From assembly GCA_944359015.1 (NCBI GenBank), contig CALVSK010000001.1, forward strand, positions 3,139-67,138: a stretch of 64,000 nt of DNA, written 5' to 3'. Origin of the DNA: an uncultured Bacilli bacterium (lineage in GTDB: Bacteria > Bacillota_I > Bacilli_A > RF39 > UBA660). A program made the translations under genes and the position numbers. The stretch's first letter is position 1, and every line of letters begins with the position of its first letter. The notes under the pieces were generated by a model. That model had not been told where the DNA came from, searched no databases, and worked only from the letters and a program-made list of their open reading frames with translations. Of this stretch, positions 34,001 to 43,027 are shown piece after piece.

Positions 34001-34430
34001 AAAAAAAGATTTATTTAAAATAGCAACATGTATACCTAATTGTTATGTAGCAAGCATATCATTAGGAAGCAATATGCAACAAGCAATAAATGCATTTAAA
34101 GAGGCAGAAGAACATGATGGCCCAGCAATAATCATAGCATACTCACCTTGTATAGAACATGGCATAAAAACAGGTATGGGATGTAGCATAGGTGAAGAAA
34201 AGTTGGCTGTAGAATGTGGCTATACCCTTTTAATGCGTTATGATGGTGATTTACATTTAGATTCAAAAGAACCAAATTTTGATAAATACGAAGAATTTTT
34301 AAATAATGAAGTAAGGTTTAACTCACTTAAAATAAAGAATCCAGAATTAGCCAAAGAGTTATTAAATGAGCAAAAAAACAATGCAATAAATAGATATAAT
34401 TATTATAAAAAAATTGCTAAAGAAAAATAA
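31098..34430 (+). CDS. pyruvate:ferredoxin (flavodoxin) oxidoreductase (PFOR, fused Por/NifJ type)
   Basis: 1110 aa; 2x CxxCxxCxxxCP ferredoxin motifs (CIQCGMCSLVCP, CTGCGLCANICP), TPP-binding GDG..DIGFGG region. Confidence 0.9.
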   Translation: MKKIVDGNTACSQIAYYFSEVCSIYPITPSSPMAANIDNLTSTNLLNIFNDKPKVIEMESEAGAAGAMHGALISGSLASTFTASQGLLLMIPNMYKMAGEMLPGVIHVASRSLATHALSIFGDHQDIYATRATGFCMLASTSVQDAQNLAAVAHLSAIKGSLPFLHFFDGFRTSHELNTIEEMPEEELLKLVDYNKINEFKKRALNINNKYQYGMSQNEDIYFQCTEARNKYYEVMPDIVNEYMLKINEIMKTDYKPFNYYGSATARNIIVAMGSINDTIKQVINKIPDVGLIEVHLYRPFSSKYFLEVLPKTVKNIAVLDRTKEIGATGEPLYLDVCSVLKNQNINIYGGRYGLSSKNTTPADIYSVYKMLEEKPVNNFTIGINDDVTNLSLPTVEFKIESKNKEILIYGFGSDGMVSASKDLLKIVHEKLNKFVQGYFQYDSKKSGGVTVSNLRYGDKEIKEPYYVNNPKIIVITKDIYFKMFEMVDNIEENGIILINTIKSKDELLKLLPNSAKKTIITKKVKVYFINAEDITLKNKIPGKISKIMEVLILNLLNVENSIKIVEESIKKSFATKGESVINSNIASINDAINKLQTLEINEYHEETIKIIDNDVVTMINKRLGDKIPVSELVDYAYGKFACGTSATEKRNISNIIPFWNKENCIQCGMCSLVCPHAVIRTITSEDKTKGIPFAGKDNLRYIVEINEEDCTGCGLCANICPGKIGNKALEMKETTKKNKKEENEYKIENPLNKYTIKGSQLEKPLFEFSGACAGCGETPYIKLLTQLVGEKLVIANATGCSSIYGGSVPSTPYLIPWANSLFEDNAEFAYGIYTSYQQKRERIENLIIQTIDSVDGEVKSLYEEWLNNKENYDITKKVAKELKNKTIPKELSDLIDYVPARSVWAIGGDGWAYDIGFGGLDHVLHSNENIKILVLDTEVYSNTGGQASKSTKLGAVAEFANFGKKTIKKDLFKIATCIPNCYVASISLGSNMQQAINAFKEAEEHDGPAIIIAYSPCIEHGIKTGMGCSIGEEKLAVECGYTLLMRYDGDLHLDSKEPNFDKYEEFLNNEVRFNSLKIKNPELAKELLNEQKNNAINRYNYYKKIAKEK

Positions 34431-34688
34431 AAGATGTAGGTAAAAAGTCTGCATTTTTTTCTTTAAAAATAAAAAAAGAAGTCTCCATAAGGAGACTTCA
34501 AAAGAATAAAAAGGGGTTGACTAGTGTGATACTAGCACCAATTCGCCTCTTAAGTGAATTGGTGATTACTATCCTAACTGATTTTAATTATTTTGTCAAC
34601 CATTTTTTAAAATTAATAGCAAAAAATATTTAAAATAGTAAAATGTTTAAATATAGAAAAATAATATAAAATTTGATAGAATAATTAT

Positions 34689-36692
34689 ATGGAGAAAATA
34701 GGTATGGAAGTAAGTGCATTAAAAAAAGTTGGGCCTAAGACAGAGCGATTATTAAATAAATTAGAAATATATTCTAAAGAAGATTTAATAACTTATTACC
34801 CATATAAATACAACATAATTAAGTTCACTAATATAGATGAAATAAATGATGAAAATAATTATTATGTTTTATCTACAGTAATAAGTTATCCGAAAGTTAG
34901 TTATATCAAAAAAAATTTTAATAAATTAGATTTTTTAGCAAATAACAAAGATATAAATTTTAAAGTTACAATATTTAATAGAGCTTTTTTAAAAAATAAT
35001 TTACAACCAGAAAGAACAATAGTATTAGTGGGAAAATATAATAAATTAAAAAATATATTTGTAGCAAATGACATAAGATTTAATATTGATAATGAAACTA
35101 TAGAACCTATTTATCATTTAACAGAAGGATTAAAAAATAGTAATTTAGAAAAAATAATAATTGAATCATTGAAAGAAAATATTCAAATAGCGGATTATAT
35201 TCCAAAAGAATATAAAGAAAAATATAATTTTATTAATAAAGGAGAAGCAATAAAACTCATTCATAAGCCACAAACAATAGAAGATATAAAAAAAAGTAAA
35301 ATAAGATTAGTATATGAAGAACTTTTTACATATATGTTTAAAGTAAATTATTTAAAATTAATAAACAAAAAGAATTTAGGAATAAAAAAGATATACAATG
35401 AAGAAGTAGTATCTGATTTTTTAGCAAATTTATCTTTTAAATTAACAGAAGACCAAGAAAAAGTAATTAAAGAAATTTTAAAAGATTTAACTAGTGAAAA
35501 TAGAATGAATAGATTAGTTTTAGGAGACGTAGGAAGTGGAAAGACAGTTGTAGCTATAACAGCTTTACTTGCAAATTTTACTAGTGGTTATCAGGGGGCA
35601 TTTATGGCACCAACAGAAATATTGGCAAAACAGCATTATGAATCAATTAAAAATTACTTAAGCATATATGATATAAAAATTGAATTATTAACAGGTAGTC
35701 TTACGAAAAAAAGTAAAGAAAAAATATATGAAAGATTAGAAAATAATGACATAGACATAATAATAGGAACTCATGCATTGTTAAACGAAAATAATAAATT
35801 TTATAATTTAGGATTAGTTATAACAGATGAACAACATAGATTTGGAGTTAATCAAAGAAATGTTTTACAATCAAAGGGAATAAACCAAAAAACAGATGTT
35901 TTGTATTTGTCGGCAACACCAATTCCCAGGACATACGCATTAACAATATATGGAGACTTAGATTTATCCCAAATAAAAACTAAGCCTAACACAAGAAAAG
36001 AAATAATTACAAAAACTGTTATGGAAAAAAATATAAAAGAAGTATTATTGAAAATGTTAGATGAACTTAAGCTAAATCATCAAATTTTTGTGGTATCTCC
36101 TTTAATAGAAGATAATGATTATGATATAAGTAGCGTAACATTATTAAAAGATAAGCTGAATATGGCCTTTAATAATAAAGTTAAAATTGAAATACTTCAT
36201 GGCAAATTAAAACAATCACAAAAAGATAGTTTAATGAATGACTTTCATAAAGGGATAATCAAAATTTTGATTTCTACAACAGTTATTGAAGTAGGTATAG
36301 ATATACCTAATGCAACTATGATGGTAATTTTTAATGCCGAAAGATTTGGTTTAGCAACACTGCATCAATTAAGAGGAAGGATTGGGAGAAGTAATCTCCA
36401 GAGTTATTGCTATTTGGTAACAAATGTTGTTAATAATAAAAGATTAAAAATAATGGAAGAAAGTAATGATGGCTTTTATATAAGTGAAAAGGATTTTGAA
36501 TTAAGGGGCCAAGGTGATATTTTTGGAGTTAAACAAAGTGGTGATATTTTTTTTAAAATTGCTGATTTTAAAAGAGACTACAAAATTTTATTGCAAGCAA
36601 AAAATGATTCTGAAAAATACCTTATAAATGGCGTATATAAGGGAAATTTATTATACGAAAATATTATTGAAAAAATAAATTTTTTAGATTAA
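34689..36692 (+). CDS. recG: ATP-dependent DNA helicase RecG
   Basis: 667 aa; helicase motifs GDVGSGKT, DEQHRFG, QLRGRIGRS; N-terminal wedge domain. Confidence 0.9.
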   Translation: MEKIGMEVSALKKVGPKTERLLNKLEIYSKEDLITYYPYKYNIIKFTNIDEINDENNYYVLSTVISYPKVSYIKKNFNKLDFLANNKDINFKVTIFNRAFLKNNLQPERTIVLVGKYNKLKNIFVANDIRFNIDNETIEPIYHLTEGLKNSNLEKIIIESLKENIQIADYIPKEYKEKYNFINKGEAIKLIHKPQTIEDIKKSKIRLVYEELFTYMFKVNYLKLINKKNLGIKKIYNEEVVSDFLANLSFKLTEDQEKVIKEILKDLTSENRMNRLVLGDVGSGKTVVAITALLANFTSGYQGAFMAPTEILAKQHYESIKNYLSIYDIKIELLTGSLTKKSKEKIYERLENNDIDIIIGTHALLNENNKFYNLGLVITDEQHRFGVNQRNVLQSKGINQKTDVLYLSATPIPRTYALTIYGDLDLSQIKTKPNTRKEIITKTVMEKNIKEVLLKMLDELKLNHQIFVVSPLIEDNDYDISSVTLLKDKLNMAFNNKVKIEILHGKLKQSQKDSLMNDFHKGIIKILISTTVIEVGIDIPNATMMVIFNAERFGLATLHQLRGRIGRSNLQSYCYLVTNVVNNKRLKIMEESNDGFYISEKDFELRGQGDIFGVKQSGDIFFKIADFKRDYKILLQAKNDSEKYLINGVYKGNLLYENIIEKINFLD

Positions 36693-36706
36693 ATTAAAAA
36701 TAATGA

Positions 36707-36852
36707 TTGACAAAATAATAAAAAAATATTAAGATTATACTAGCATGATACAAGTCATGCTAATAACCTGATCTCTCTTACGAATCTCAATGTGAAGAGA
36801 TCAACCAAAACCCCCTGAAAGCTCGGCAAAAGCCGGGCTACTTTTGTTTTTA
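36707..36852 (+). ncRNA. candidate small RNA (promoter TTGACA-17-TAAGAT, ~110-nt structured transcript, intrinsic terminator)
   Basis: Near-consensus promoter 36707-36735; hairpins TAGCATGA..CATGCTA and GATCTCTCT..AGAGATC; CCCCCUGAA + hairpin AGCTCGGC-aaaa-GCCGGGCT + TTTTGTTTTT at 36811-36851; no ORF. Confidence 0.3.
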
Positions 36853-36902
36853 CCAGTGTTTATAGGTGTTTGTGCGCATTTGGTAAGTGAGGCTAAAATT
36901 CT

Positions 36903-36921
36903 TGGGAACAACTCGGGAACA
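36903..36921 (+). repeat. tandem GGGAACAA(ATT) repeats (2 copies); related copies at 53156-53205
   Basis: TCTTGGGAACAA shared exactly with 53154-53165; candidate att core / recombinase binding sites. Confidence 0.4.
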
Positions 36922-36970
36922 AATTAATACTAATTATGGTATAATATTTGTGTAATTAGGCGGTGATTAT

Positions 36971-37453
36971 ATGGCATTTGAAAGAGATGAAAACGGTAAT
37001 CTTATAATGACATATACTGATGATGAAATATTAAGATTAGACACATTAGATAGCGTAAATAAAATAGATCTTACATTTAATAATATAAAGTTATTAGAAA
37101 GACAAGAAATATTGTTTATCGTTGAATCAAGTGAAGAAAGCATATTTTTTGATAAAAAGAAAAATTATTATATAAGAAATAAGTACCATAAAGATGTTAG
37201 CGATGAAGATATTTATATAGTATTTCCAGAATTGAATTTAGCAGAAGAAAATCATAAAAAATCATTTAATGCTATTAATCTTGGCATGGGACATGCATTA
37301 TTGATCAGAAAAGAAATTTATAGTGATTATATGAAAATTTTAAGAAAATGCACAAAATATGAAAATGAATTTGAGGACTTTTACAATGCTTGGAATTACT
37401 GGCTATACTGTGCAATAAAGTATATTGATATATATTTGAAAGAAGGAAAGTAA
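36971..37453 (+). CDS. hypothetical protein (island cargo)
   Basis: 160 aa ORF with RBS (TAGGCGGTGA); no recognisable domain. Confidence 0.35.
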   Translation: MAFERDENGNLIMTYTDDEILRLDTLDSVNKIDLTFNNIKLLERQEILFIVESSEESIFFDKKKNYYIRNKYHKDVSDEDIYIVFPELNLAEENHKKSFNAINLGMGHALLIRKEIYSDYMKILRKCTKYENEFEDFYNAWNYWLYCAIKYIDIYLKEGK

Positions 37454-37566
37454 ATCTTTAAAATATTACTTGAAATGGATGACAATTAACGGATAATGCG
37501 GTATAATGTAATCATAGATTTCTATACAATTAAAGTATAGAAATTTTTCTTTTATAAGGAGGTATT

Positions 37567-38403
37567 ATGAACAATGTAAGTTGGAATGACAAGAAATTAT
37601 TAAAATCTACTTTTTCGTTTTTAATGATAGAAGGAAGTATCTTGAGTATAGTAGCCATATTTATAAATGGATTTATTATAAAGTACTATGCAATAGTATT
37701 ATCATTTATTTTTATTTTAATGCTCATATATTATTTTTGCCTTTTCTATCATATAAATCATTTAAATAAAATATCATTAAAAATTAAAACTTCGACATTT
37801 GAAATAAAGAGTGGTGATATTTTTAAACAAGATGTTCTAAAGGTTATCAATTTTAATGAATATTTTGATACTCAAGTAGATAATAAAATTATTGCAGAAA
37901 ATTCATTAAATGGTATTTATATAACTAAACATATAAATGATATAAAAGAATTGGATTTGCACATTACAAATGAGTTAAAAGATGTAAAAGGAGAAGTTAA
38001 TAGATCAAGGAAAAAGGGTAAAAAAATGAAATATCCTTTAGGAACGATTGTAGAATATGATGGTTTTTTACTAACCGCTTTTACAAAATTTAATGAAGAT
38101 AATAAAGCAAATTTGGATTTGAAAGAATATCTGTTGTTTTTAATGAATTTTTGGGATAATCTTACAAGAGTTTATGCGGGGAGAAGTGTAGCAATAACTT
38201 TATTTGGTAGTAGCAATCTTACCCAATTTAATGATGCTAATAATATATCTGATCAAGATCTAATAGAAATAATTATATGGACGTTTAAAGTTAGTAAAAT
38301 TAAATTTAAATATCCTACAAAAGTAACATTAGTTTTGCCAAATGATTTAATGAAAAAAATTAATTTATATGAAGTTAAGGAGATGTATGATAATGGCATA
38401 TAG
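37567..38403 (+). CDS. 2-TM membrane protein with C-terminal Macro-like domain (type II Thoeris ThsA-like effector candidate)
   Basis: Two N-terminal TM helices; C-terminal domain with Macro-like pattern (EIKSGDIFKQDVLKVINFNEYF ~ GDIT..DAIVNAAN; SVAITLFGSSNLTQF ~ SIAFPAISTGVYGFP); overlaps downstream TIR-like gene. Confidence 0.4.
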   Translation: MNNVSWNDKKLLKSTFSFLMIEGSILSIVAIFINGFIIKYYAIVLSFIFILMLIYYFCLFYHINHLNKISLKIKTSTFEIKSGDIFKQDVLKVINFNEYFDTQVDNKIIAENSLNGIYITKHINDIKELDLHITNELKDVKGEVNRSRKKGKKMKYPLGTIVEYDGFLLTAFTKFNEDNKANLDLKEYLLFLMNFWDNLTRVYAGRSVAITLFGSSNLTQFNDANNISDQDLIEIIIWTFKVSKIKFKYPTKVTLVLPNDLMKKINLYEVKEMYDNGI

Positions 38404-38911
38404 AACAAAAACATATATTGCCGGTGATTGGACTGGTGATAAAAAAGCAATTGATAAATTATACGAATGGAATGATAGCGATTATTGGAATTTGTCTTTT
38501 GTAGATGCTCATGAATTAACACAAGCAAGGGATTCAAGCTTGAATTGTACTATTAAAAGATCTTTAAAGGAAAGAATGGATTCATCAAAAACATTTGTAT
38601 TGGTAGTAGGAAATCAAACTAATACAATAACAGCAGGTGGATGTCAATTTTGTGGTAGTTATAATAGTTGGAGTTCATATTGCACTAAAGGTTATAGTAT
38701 AGACTATCGAAGCTATATAAAATATGAATGTGATAAAGCAGTTGAAGCTAATATTAAATTGGTAATACTATATAATTCTACGAAGATTGAAAAAAGTAAA
38801 TGTCCTGAATCAATTAGAAATTTAGGAACACACATTAACATGATGTATGTTGGAACAGATGGAAAAACATATTGGAATTATACTAAAATAAAAGATGCAA
38901 TAAATTCGTAA
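38387..38911 (+). CDS. TIR-like domain protein (ThsB-like, MTH538/DUF1863-type)
   Basis: ~175 aa; layout resembles ThsB TIR proteins (YIAGDW..D.., ..CTIKRSLKERMDSSKTFVLVVGNQT..); RBS AAGGAG upstream; translationally overlapped with the Macro gene. Confidence 0.4.
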   Translation: MIMAYRTKTYIAGDWTGDKKAIDKLYEWNDSDYWNLSFVDAHELTQARDSSLNCTIKRSLKERMDSSKTFVLVVGNQTNTITAGGCQFCGSYNSWSSYCTKGYSIDYRSYIKYECDKAVEANIKLVILYNSTKIEKSKCPESIRNLGTHINMMYVGTDGKTYWNYTKIKDAINS

Positions 38912-38923
38912 AATAACCGATGA

Positions 38924-40039
38924 CTAATTATCATCGGTTTTACTATCTATAACATCTACTATCTCATCTAATGTACTAATGAATAGGTGTGTGTAAGTTT
39001 TAAGTGTTTCTTCTATTTTAGTATGCCCTAAATATTTGGCTACTACTTGAATATTAGCTCCTTCATTAATAAGTAGAGAAGCACATGAGTGCCTAAAATC
39101 ATGTAATCTTATTTGTTTAACACTAGCTAATTCGCAATTCTTATTTTTACGATCTGTTAGTGTGTTACTACTAATAGGAAATGCATCAGCAGCAACAAAA
39201 TAGTTTTCGTTAAATCCTGCTGTTTTCTTAGCCTCTAATTTGGCCTTTTTAAGGTCTTCTGAGAGCTTTCTTGGCATCTTTAAGGTTCTTATACTATTCT
39301 GAGTTTTAGGAACCACCAGTTTGTATTTTTTAACGCTTCCACAACGATCAGTAATTTGCTTTCTAACAGATAATGTTCTTCTATCTAAATCAATATCTTT
39401 CCATTGCAATCCTCTAAGTTCACCACGTCTAAGTCCACAATAATATAATATTTCAAATATAGCTATCCATCTTATATCATCTTCAACTTCTAAAAATTGT
39501 TGAAATTCTTCATAAGTGAAAAATTGTTGTTCTGGTGGTAATTCATTAGGATTATTGAAATTAGTCATTTTAGGATATACTTTAGTAAAACTAAATTCAT
39601 ACCATGCAGTGGCATAGTTAAGTATCGATTTTAAAAATTTATAAATATCATTTTTGGTTCTTGTAGCAAGAGTAGTTTCATATTGTAAATAATCATGCCA
39701 TCTTTCAAAATGTGAATAATTAAAGTCTTTAAGTTTTACTTTAAATAGTGGTTTAAGATATGGAATCTTATTACCATAATTGTAGTATGTAGTTTCTCTA
39801 ACTCTTTTCTTTTTAAAATTTAAGAATAATTCTATCATATCTTCAAAAGTCATTTCATTTTGATTAACTTGCTCGTAAAGTGACATTTTAAACTTTAATT
39901 CTGCTTGTTCAGCTTCTTTTTTAGTTGAAAATCTTCCGGATTTCTTAGTTTTATGTGTACCATCAAAATCTTCATATTGAGTTTTAAAAAACCAAATCTT
40001 ACCATCATTAGTAGGTCTATTATCTTTATATACACCCAT
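38924..40039 (-). CDS. int: tyrosine-type site-specific recombinase/phage integrase
   Basis: 371 aa; C-terminal catalytic motifs R..(LRRGE), HDFRHSCASLL, ...Y (LGHTKIEETLKTYTHL). Confidence 0.85.
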   Translation of the reverse strand: MGVYKDNRPTNDGKIWFFKTQYEDFDGTHKTKKSGRFSTKKEAEQAELKFKMSLYEQVNQNEMTFEDMIELFLNFKKKRVRETTYYNYGNKIPYLKPLFKVKLKDFNYSHFERWHDYLQYETTLATRTKNDIYKFLKSILNYATAWYEFSFTKVYPKMTNFNNPNELPPEQQFFTYEEFQQFLEVEDDIRWIAIFEILYYCGLRRGELRGLQWKDIDLDRRTLSVRKQITDRCGSVKKYKLVVPKTQNSIRTLKMPRKLSEDLKKAKLEAKKTAGFNENYFVAADAFPISSNTLTDRKNKNCELASVKQIRLHDFRHSCASLLINEGANIQVVAKYLGHTKIEETLKTYTHLFISTLDEIVDVIDSKTDDN

Positions 40040-40225
40040 ATAAAAAATCCTTTCTATAAAGGAAATACCGCTAAAAACTTGTAATATTATATAAAAATGG
40101 TATAATTAGTTATAGGAAATCCAATTACATTGTATTTTTATATAATGTTTATTTGTTTAAAGTTTCTCGGACTCAAACAAAACGGTATTTCTCATTAACC
40201 TCGTATTCCAGTACGAGATTTTTTT

Positions 40226-40888
40226 TTATATATTTTTAGAAACTCTTATAGCCTTATGTGGCTGAGTAGCGCTTTCTGTAAATTCTTTCTTTGTATAATA
40301 TTTAGGTAAGATTGATTTTGAATTGTTATTATTAAGTGGTGCAACTAAGTAGCCATCTTTTTTTACATATATATGAATAAATAACCATGAATCATATTCT
40401 TTTAATTTAATTAAATAATCTCCATCTTCTTTAATTGCTTTATTATTTAAAAACTCGACTAATATAGTATCACCAATATCATATTTAGGAGCCATTAGAT
40501 CATCAACAACATCAAACATTAAATATCCAGTATCTGGAGTTAAATACTTAGTGGATACCCATTCATAATCAACAGGATGGATAATCCATTCATCAGATCC
40601 AATATCAATTACAGACACCTTTGCTTTTTTAGATGATTGTTCAGTTTCAAAACCATTATCATTAATTAGTGAATTACCATCAGTTAATTGCTCGACAGTA
40701 GTTTCTAAATAATTAGCAAGTTTTCCTAACTCAATTTCATTAGGATAAGTTCTTGCTCTTGTCCAATCACAAACCTTTGTATATGATAATTTAAGATCGT
40801 CAGCAACATTCTTTCTTGATATTTTTTTATAGTCTAATACTGCAACAAGGTTATTAGCCAATATTTTTCTCATTTCAATTTTATTCAT
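40226..40888 (-). CDS. phage CI-like repressor: XRE HTH plus S24 (LexA-like) C-terminal domain with Ser replaced (DDLMAP)
   Basis: Start chosen at MNKIEMRK (GGAGG RBS); HTH in first 70 aa; C-terminal ..VVDDLMAPKYDIGDTILVE aligns with GDSMxPxIxxGDxxLV but nucleophile Ser is Leu. Confidence 0.6.
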   Translation of the reverse strand: MNKIEMRKILANNLVAVLDYKKISRKNVADDLKLSYTKVCDWTRARTYPNEIELGKLANYLETTVEQLTDGNSLINDNGFETEQSSKKAKVSVIDIGSDEWIIHPVDYEWVSTKYLTPDTGYLMFDVVDDLMAPKYDIGDTILVEFLNNKAIKEDGDYLIKLKEYDSWLFIHIYVKKDGYLVAPLNNNNSKSILPKYYTKKEFTESATQPHKAIRVSKNI

Positions 40889-41033
40889 GTTTGCTACCTC
40901 CAATATCATATTAAAATAAAATGATAAATTTGTCAACATAAAAGTAAAGAAAAATGATAAAAATGATAAAATTGTATTTACAAACAGAAATCGATGTTCT
41001 ATAATGGAGAAGAAGATAGGAGGAGGTGAAAGA

Positions 41034-41249
41034 ATGAAAATAACACTTAAGGCATTACGTGTAAATGCTGGATATACAATAGAAAAAGCAAGTGATGTAC
41101 TTGGAATAAGTACTGTTACATTAAGAAGTTATGAAACTAAAAAAACTATTCCTAATATGGAAATGTTAAGCAAAATGTTAAAACTATATAATGCTAAATT
41201 TAGCAAATTTGAATATTCAGCAAAAGATAATGCATTAATACTAAATTAG
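41034..41249 (+). CDS. Cro-like XRE-family HTH regulator
   Basis: 72 aa; divergent from repressor; HTH (GYTIEKASDVLGISTVTLRSYE); RBS AGGAGGTG. Confidence 0.55.
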   Translation: MKITLKALRVNAGYTIEKASDVLGISTVTLRSYETKKTIPNMEMLSKMLKLYNAKFSKFEYSAKDNALILN

Positions 41250-41309
41250 AGTCCGAGAAACTTTAAAGAGGTAAACATTAATTAAATACAAAAGAAAGGA
41301 TTTTTCATT

Positions 41310-41573
41310 ATGGGTAAAAAGAGAAAAATATTAACAAAAGAAGAAATTGCAAGTATTGCAGAATACCAATGGGCAAATATAAAAAATATAATGGATATAG
41401 GAGCCATTGGTAGAAATAAAGCTAGAGAAGTTTTTAATATAATAAGTGATAATTATTATAGGGATAAATCAAAAGTTCAAAACGGATTAGTTCCAATGGA
41501 TATGGTATTAGAGTATTTCAATATATCTAAAGTTCAAGATGCTTCAACAAGTAATAATGTCATCATACAATAA
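41310..41573 (+). CDS. hypothetical protein
   Basis: 87 aa ORF with RBS; no domain recognised. Confidence 0.3.
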   Translation: MGKKRKILTKEEIASIAEYQWANIKNIMDIGAIGRNKAREVFNIISDNYYRDKSKVQNGLVPMDMVLEYFNISKVQDASTSNNVIIQ

Positions 41574-42438
41574 AAAGAAATTGTTTTACTTTATGAAACC
41601 GGATAATTTTTATGATAGAGATGATATTAAAAGAATAGATAAAATGGAACATGCTGGAGATATATTAAATTTATATGATAAGTTGATCTTTTATACAATG
41701 AATAGAGATGGATTGCTTGCACATAAATATGGAGATGAATATGAAGTCTATACAGTAGAAGAAATATCAGAAGATTTTAATTATCCGATCGAGTTAGTAA
41801 AAGAAGCATTAGATGTATTTGTTAAACTGCATACTATAGAACTAACTGATAATGGATGTTATTATTTTCCAGATTCTCTAGAATATACTAAAAGCACGAC
41901 AGTAGGTGCTGAAAGTAAAAGATTACAAAGGGAGAATAGAAAGTTGAAGCAAGAACAGGAGAATAATGAAATAGATGAGATAGAAAAGGTGGACAATTGT
42001 CCGGAATATATACAAGTAGATACAAATATAGATATACAAGAAAATACAAATCAAGAAAAAGAAAAATATATAGAGAAAGAAAAAGATGTAGATTCATACA
42101 ACAGAGAACAATTATACAATAAATATATTCAAGAAATAAAAGAAGTTATTAATTATTTGAATGAACGAACAAATAAAAAGTTTACAACTGATAGTGATTT
42201 TGTAAAAAGTATAATTGTTGATAGATTAGAAGAAAATCATACTGTAGAGGAATTTAAAATGGTGATAGATCATAAAACTGATGAATGGCTAAATAATAAA
42301 GAATTTAATAAACATTTAAGACCAGGTACACTATTTAACAAAAACAATTTTGAAAGATATTTGAATGAAAGTGTAGGTGTTGTGAATAAACCAACATCGT
42401 TATTAGAATCTGTTTTATCGGAGATGGATGATGACTAA
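41557..42438 (+). CDS. phage replisome organizer / replication initiation protein (Phage_rep_org_N + conserved phage C-terminus)
   Basis: N-terminal ..FYFMKPDNFYDRDDIKRIDKMEHAGD..LYDKLIFYTMN.. and C-terminal ..YLNERTNKKFT..IIVDRLEE..TVEEFKMVIDHK..W..LRPGTLFN..FERYLNE match known phage replication protein domains. Confidence 0.55.
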   Translation: MSSYNKKKLFYFMKPDNFYDRDDIKRIDKMEHAGDILNLYDKLIFYTMNRDGLLAHKYGDEYEVYTVEEISEDFNYPIELVKEALDVFVKLHTIELTDNGCYYFPDSLEYTKSTTVGAESKRLQRENRKLKQEQENNEIDEIEKVDNCPEYIQVDTNIDIQENTNQEKEKYIEKEKDVDSYNREQLYNKYIQEIKEVINYLNERTNKKFTTDSDFVKSIIVDRLEENHTVEEFKMVIDHKTDEWLNNKEFNKHLRPGTLFNKNNFERYLNESVGVVNKPTSLLESVLSEMDDD

Positions 42439-42976
42439 AAAAGAAGCAAATGAATTAATACAATATTTGAATAGTGTATATATTTATGGTGGTTTAAAGA
42501 AGATGAATAGAGAAGAACTTAAAACCTATATTAATTTATTTTATGAAAGATATCTTAGGTTTGATAAACAACTAATTAAAAATGCAATTGATTTAGTAAT
42601 TTTAAACAATAAGTTTTTTCCAAATTTTGTAGAATTAAGTGAATCAGTCAGTCAGGCTTTATTAGATAGAAGATATGAAATAGTGAAAAAACTAATTGAT
42701 AACAAGTATTACGAAATTGGAATGACGGGTACTGTTAGAGAAATAGAAAGAAAAGCATTTGATAGATTTGATAAAGTATTAGTAGAAATGATATTACATA
42801 AACATACAGAACATACTATTACTGAAATAAAAGATGCTGTTGATAATCTTGACTACTTAAAAGAATATAGAGGGTTAATATTATTTGATGATAATTTACC
42901 AATCCCCCCGGGGAGTGATCCTAATTATAATTATGATTTTTCACGACCGACAGCCCACCTACATTCACACAAATAA
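42428..42976 (+). CDS. hypothetical protein (replication-module associated)
   Basis: 182 aa, overlaps upstream stop (ATGATGA). Confidence 0.3.
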   Translation: MMTKKEANELIQYLNSVYIYGGLKKMNREELKTYINLFYERYLRFDKQLIKNAIDLVILNNKFFPNFVELSESVSQALLDRRYEIVKKLIDNKYYEIGMTGTVREIERKAFDRFDKVLVEMILHKHTEHTITEIKDAVDNLDYLKEYRGLILFDDNLPIPPGSDPNYNYDFSRPTAHLHSHK

Positions 42977-43027
42977 TAATTTTCCGTGAGTTTTTTGGAA
43001 AATGAATAATAAAAAGAATAATTAATA

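Noticed and set aside
34689-34703. Alternative start for recG (MEKIG vs MEVSALKK)
   Set aside because: The two in-frame ATGs cannot be discriminated without alignment. Kept the longer ORF with low impact.
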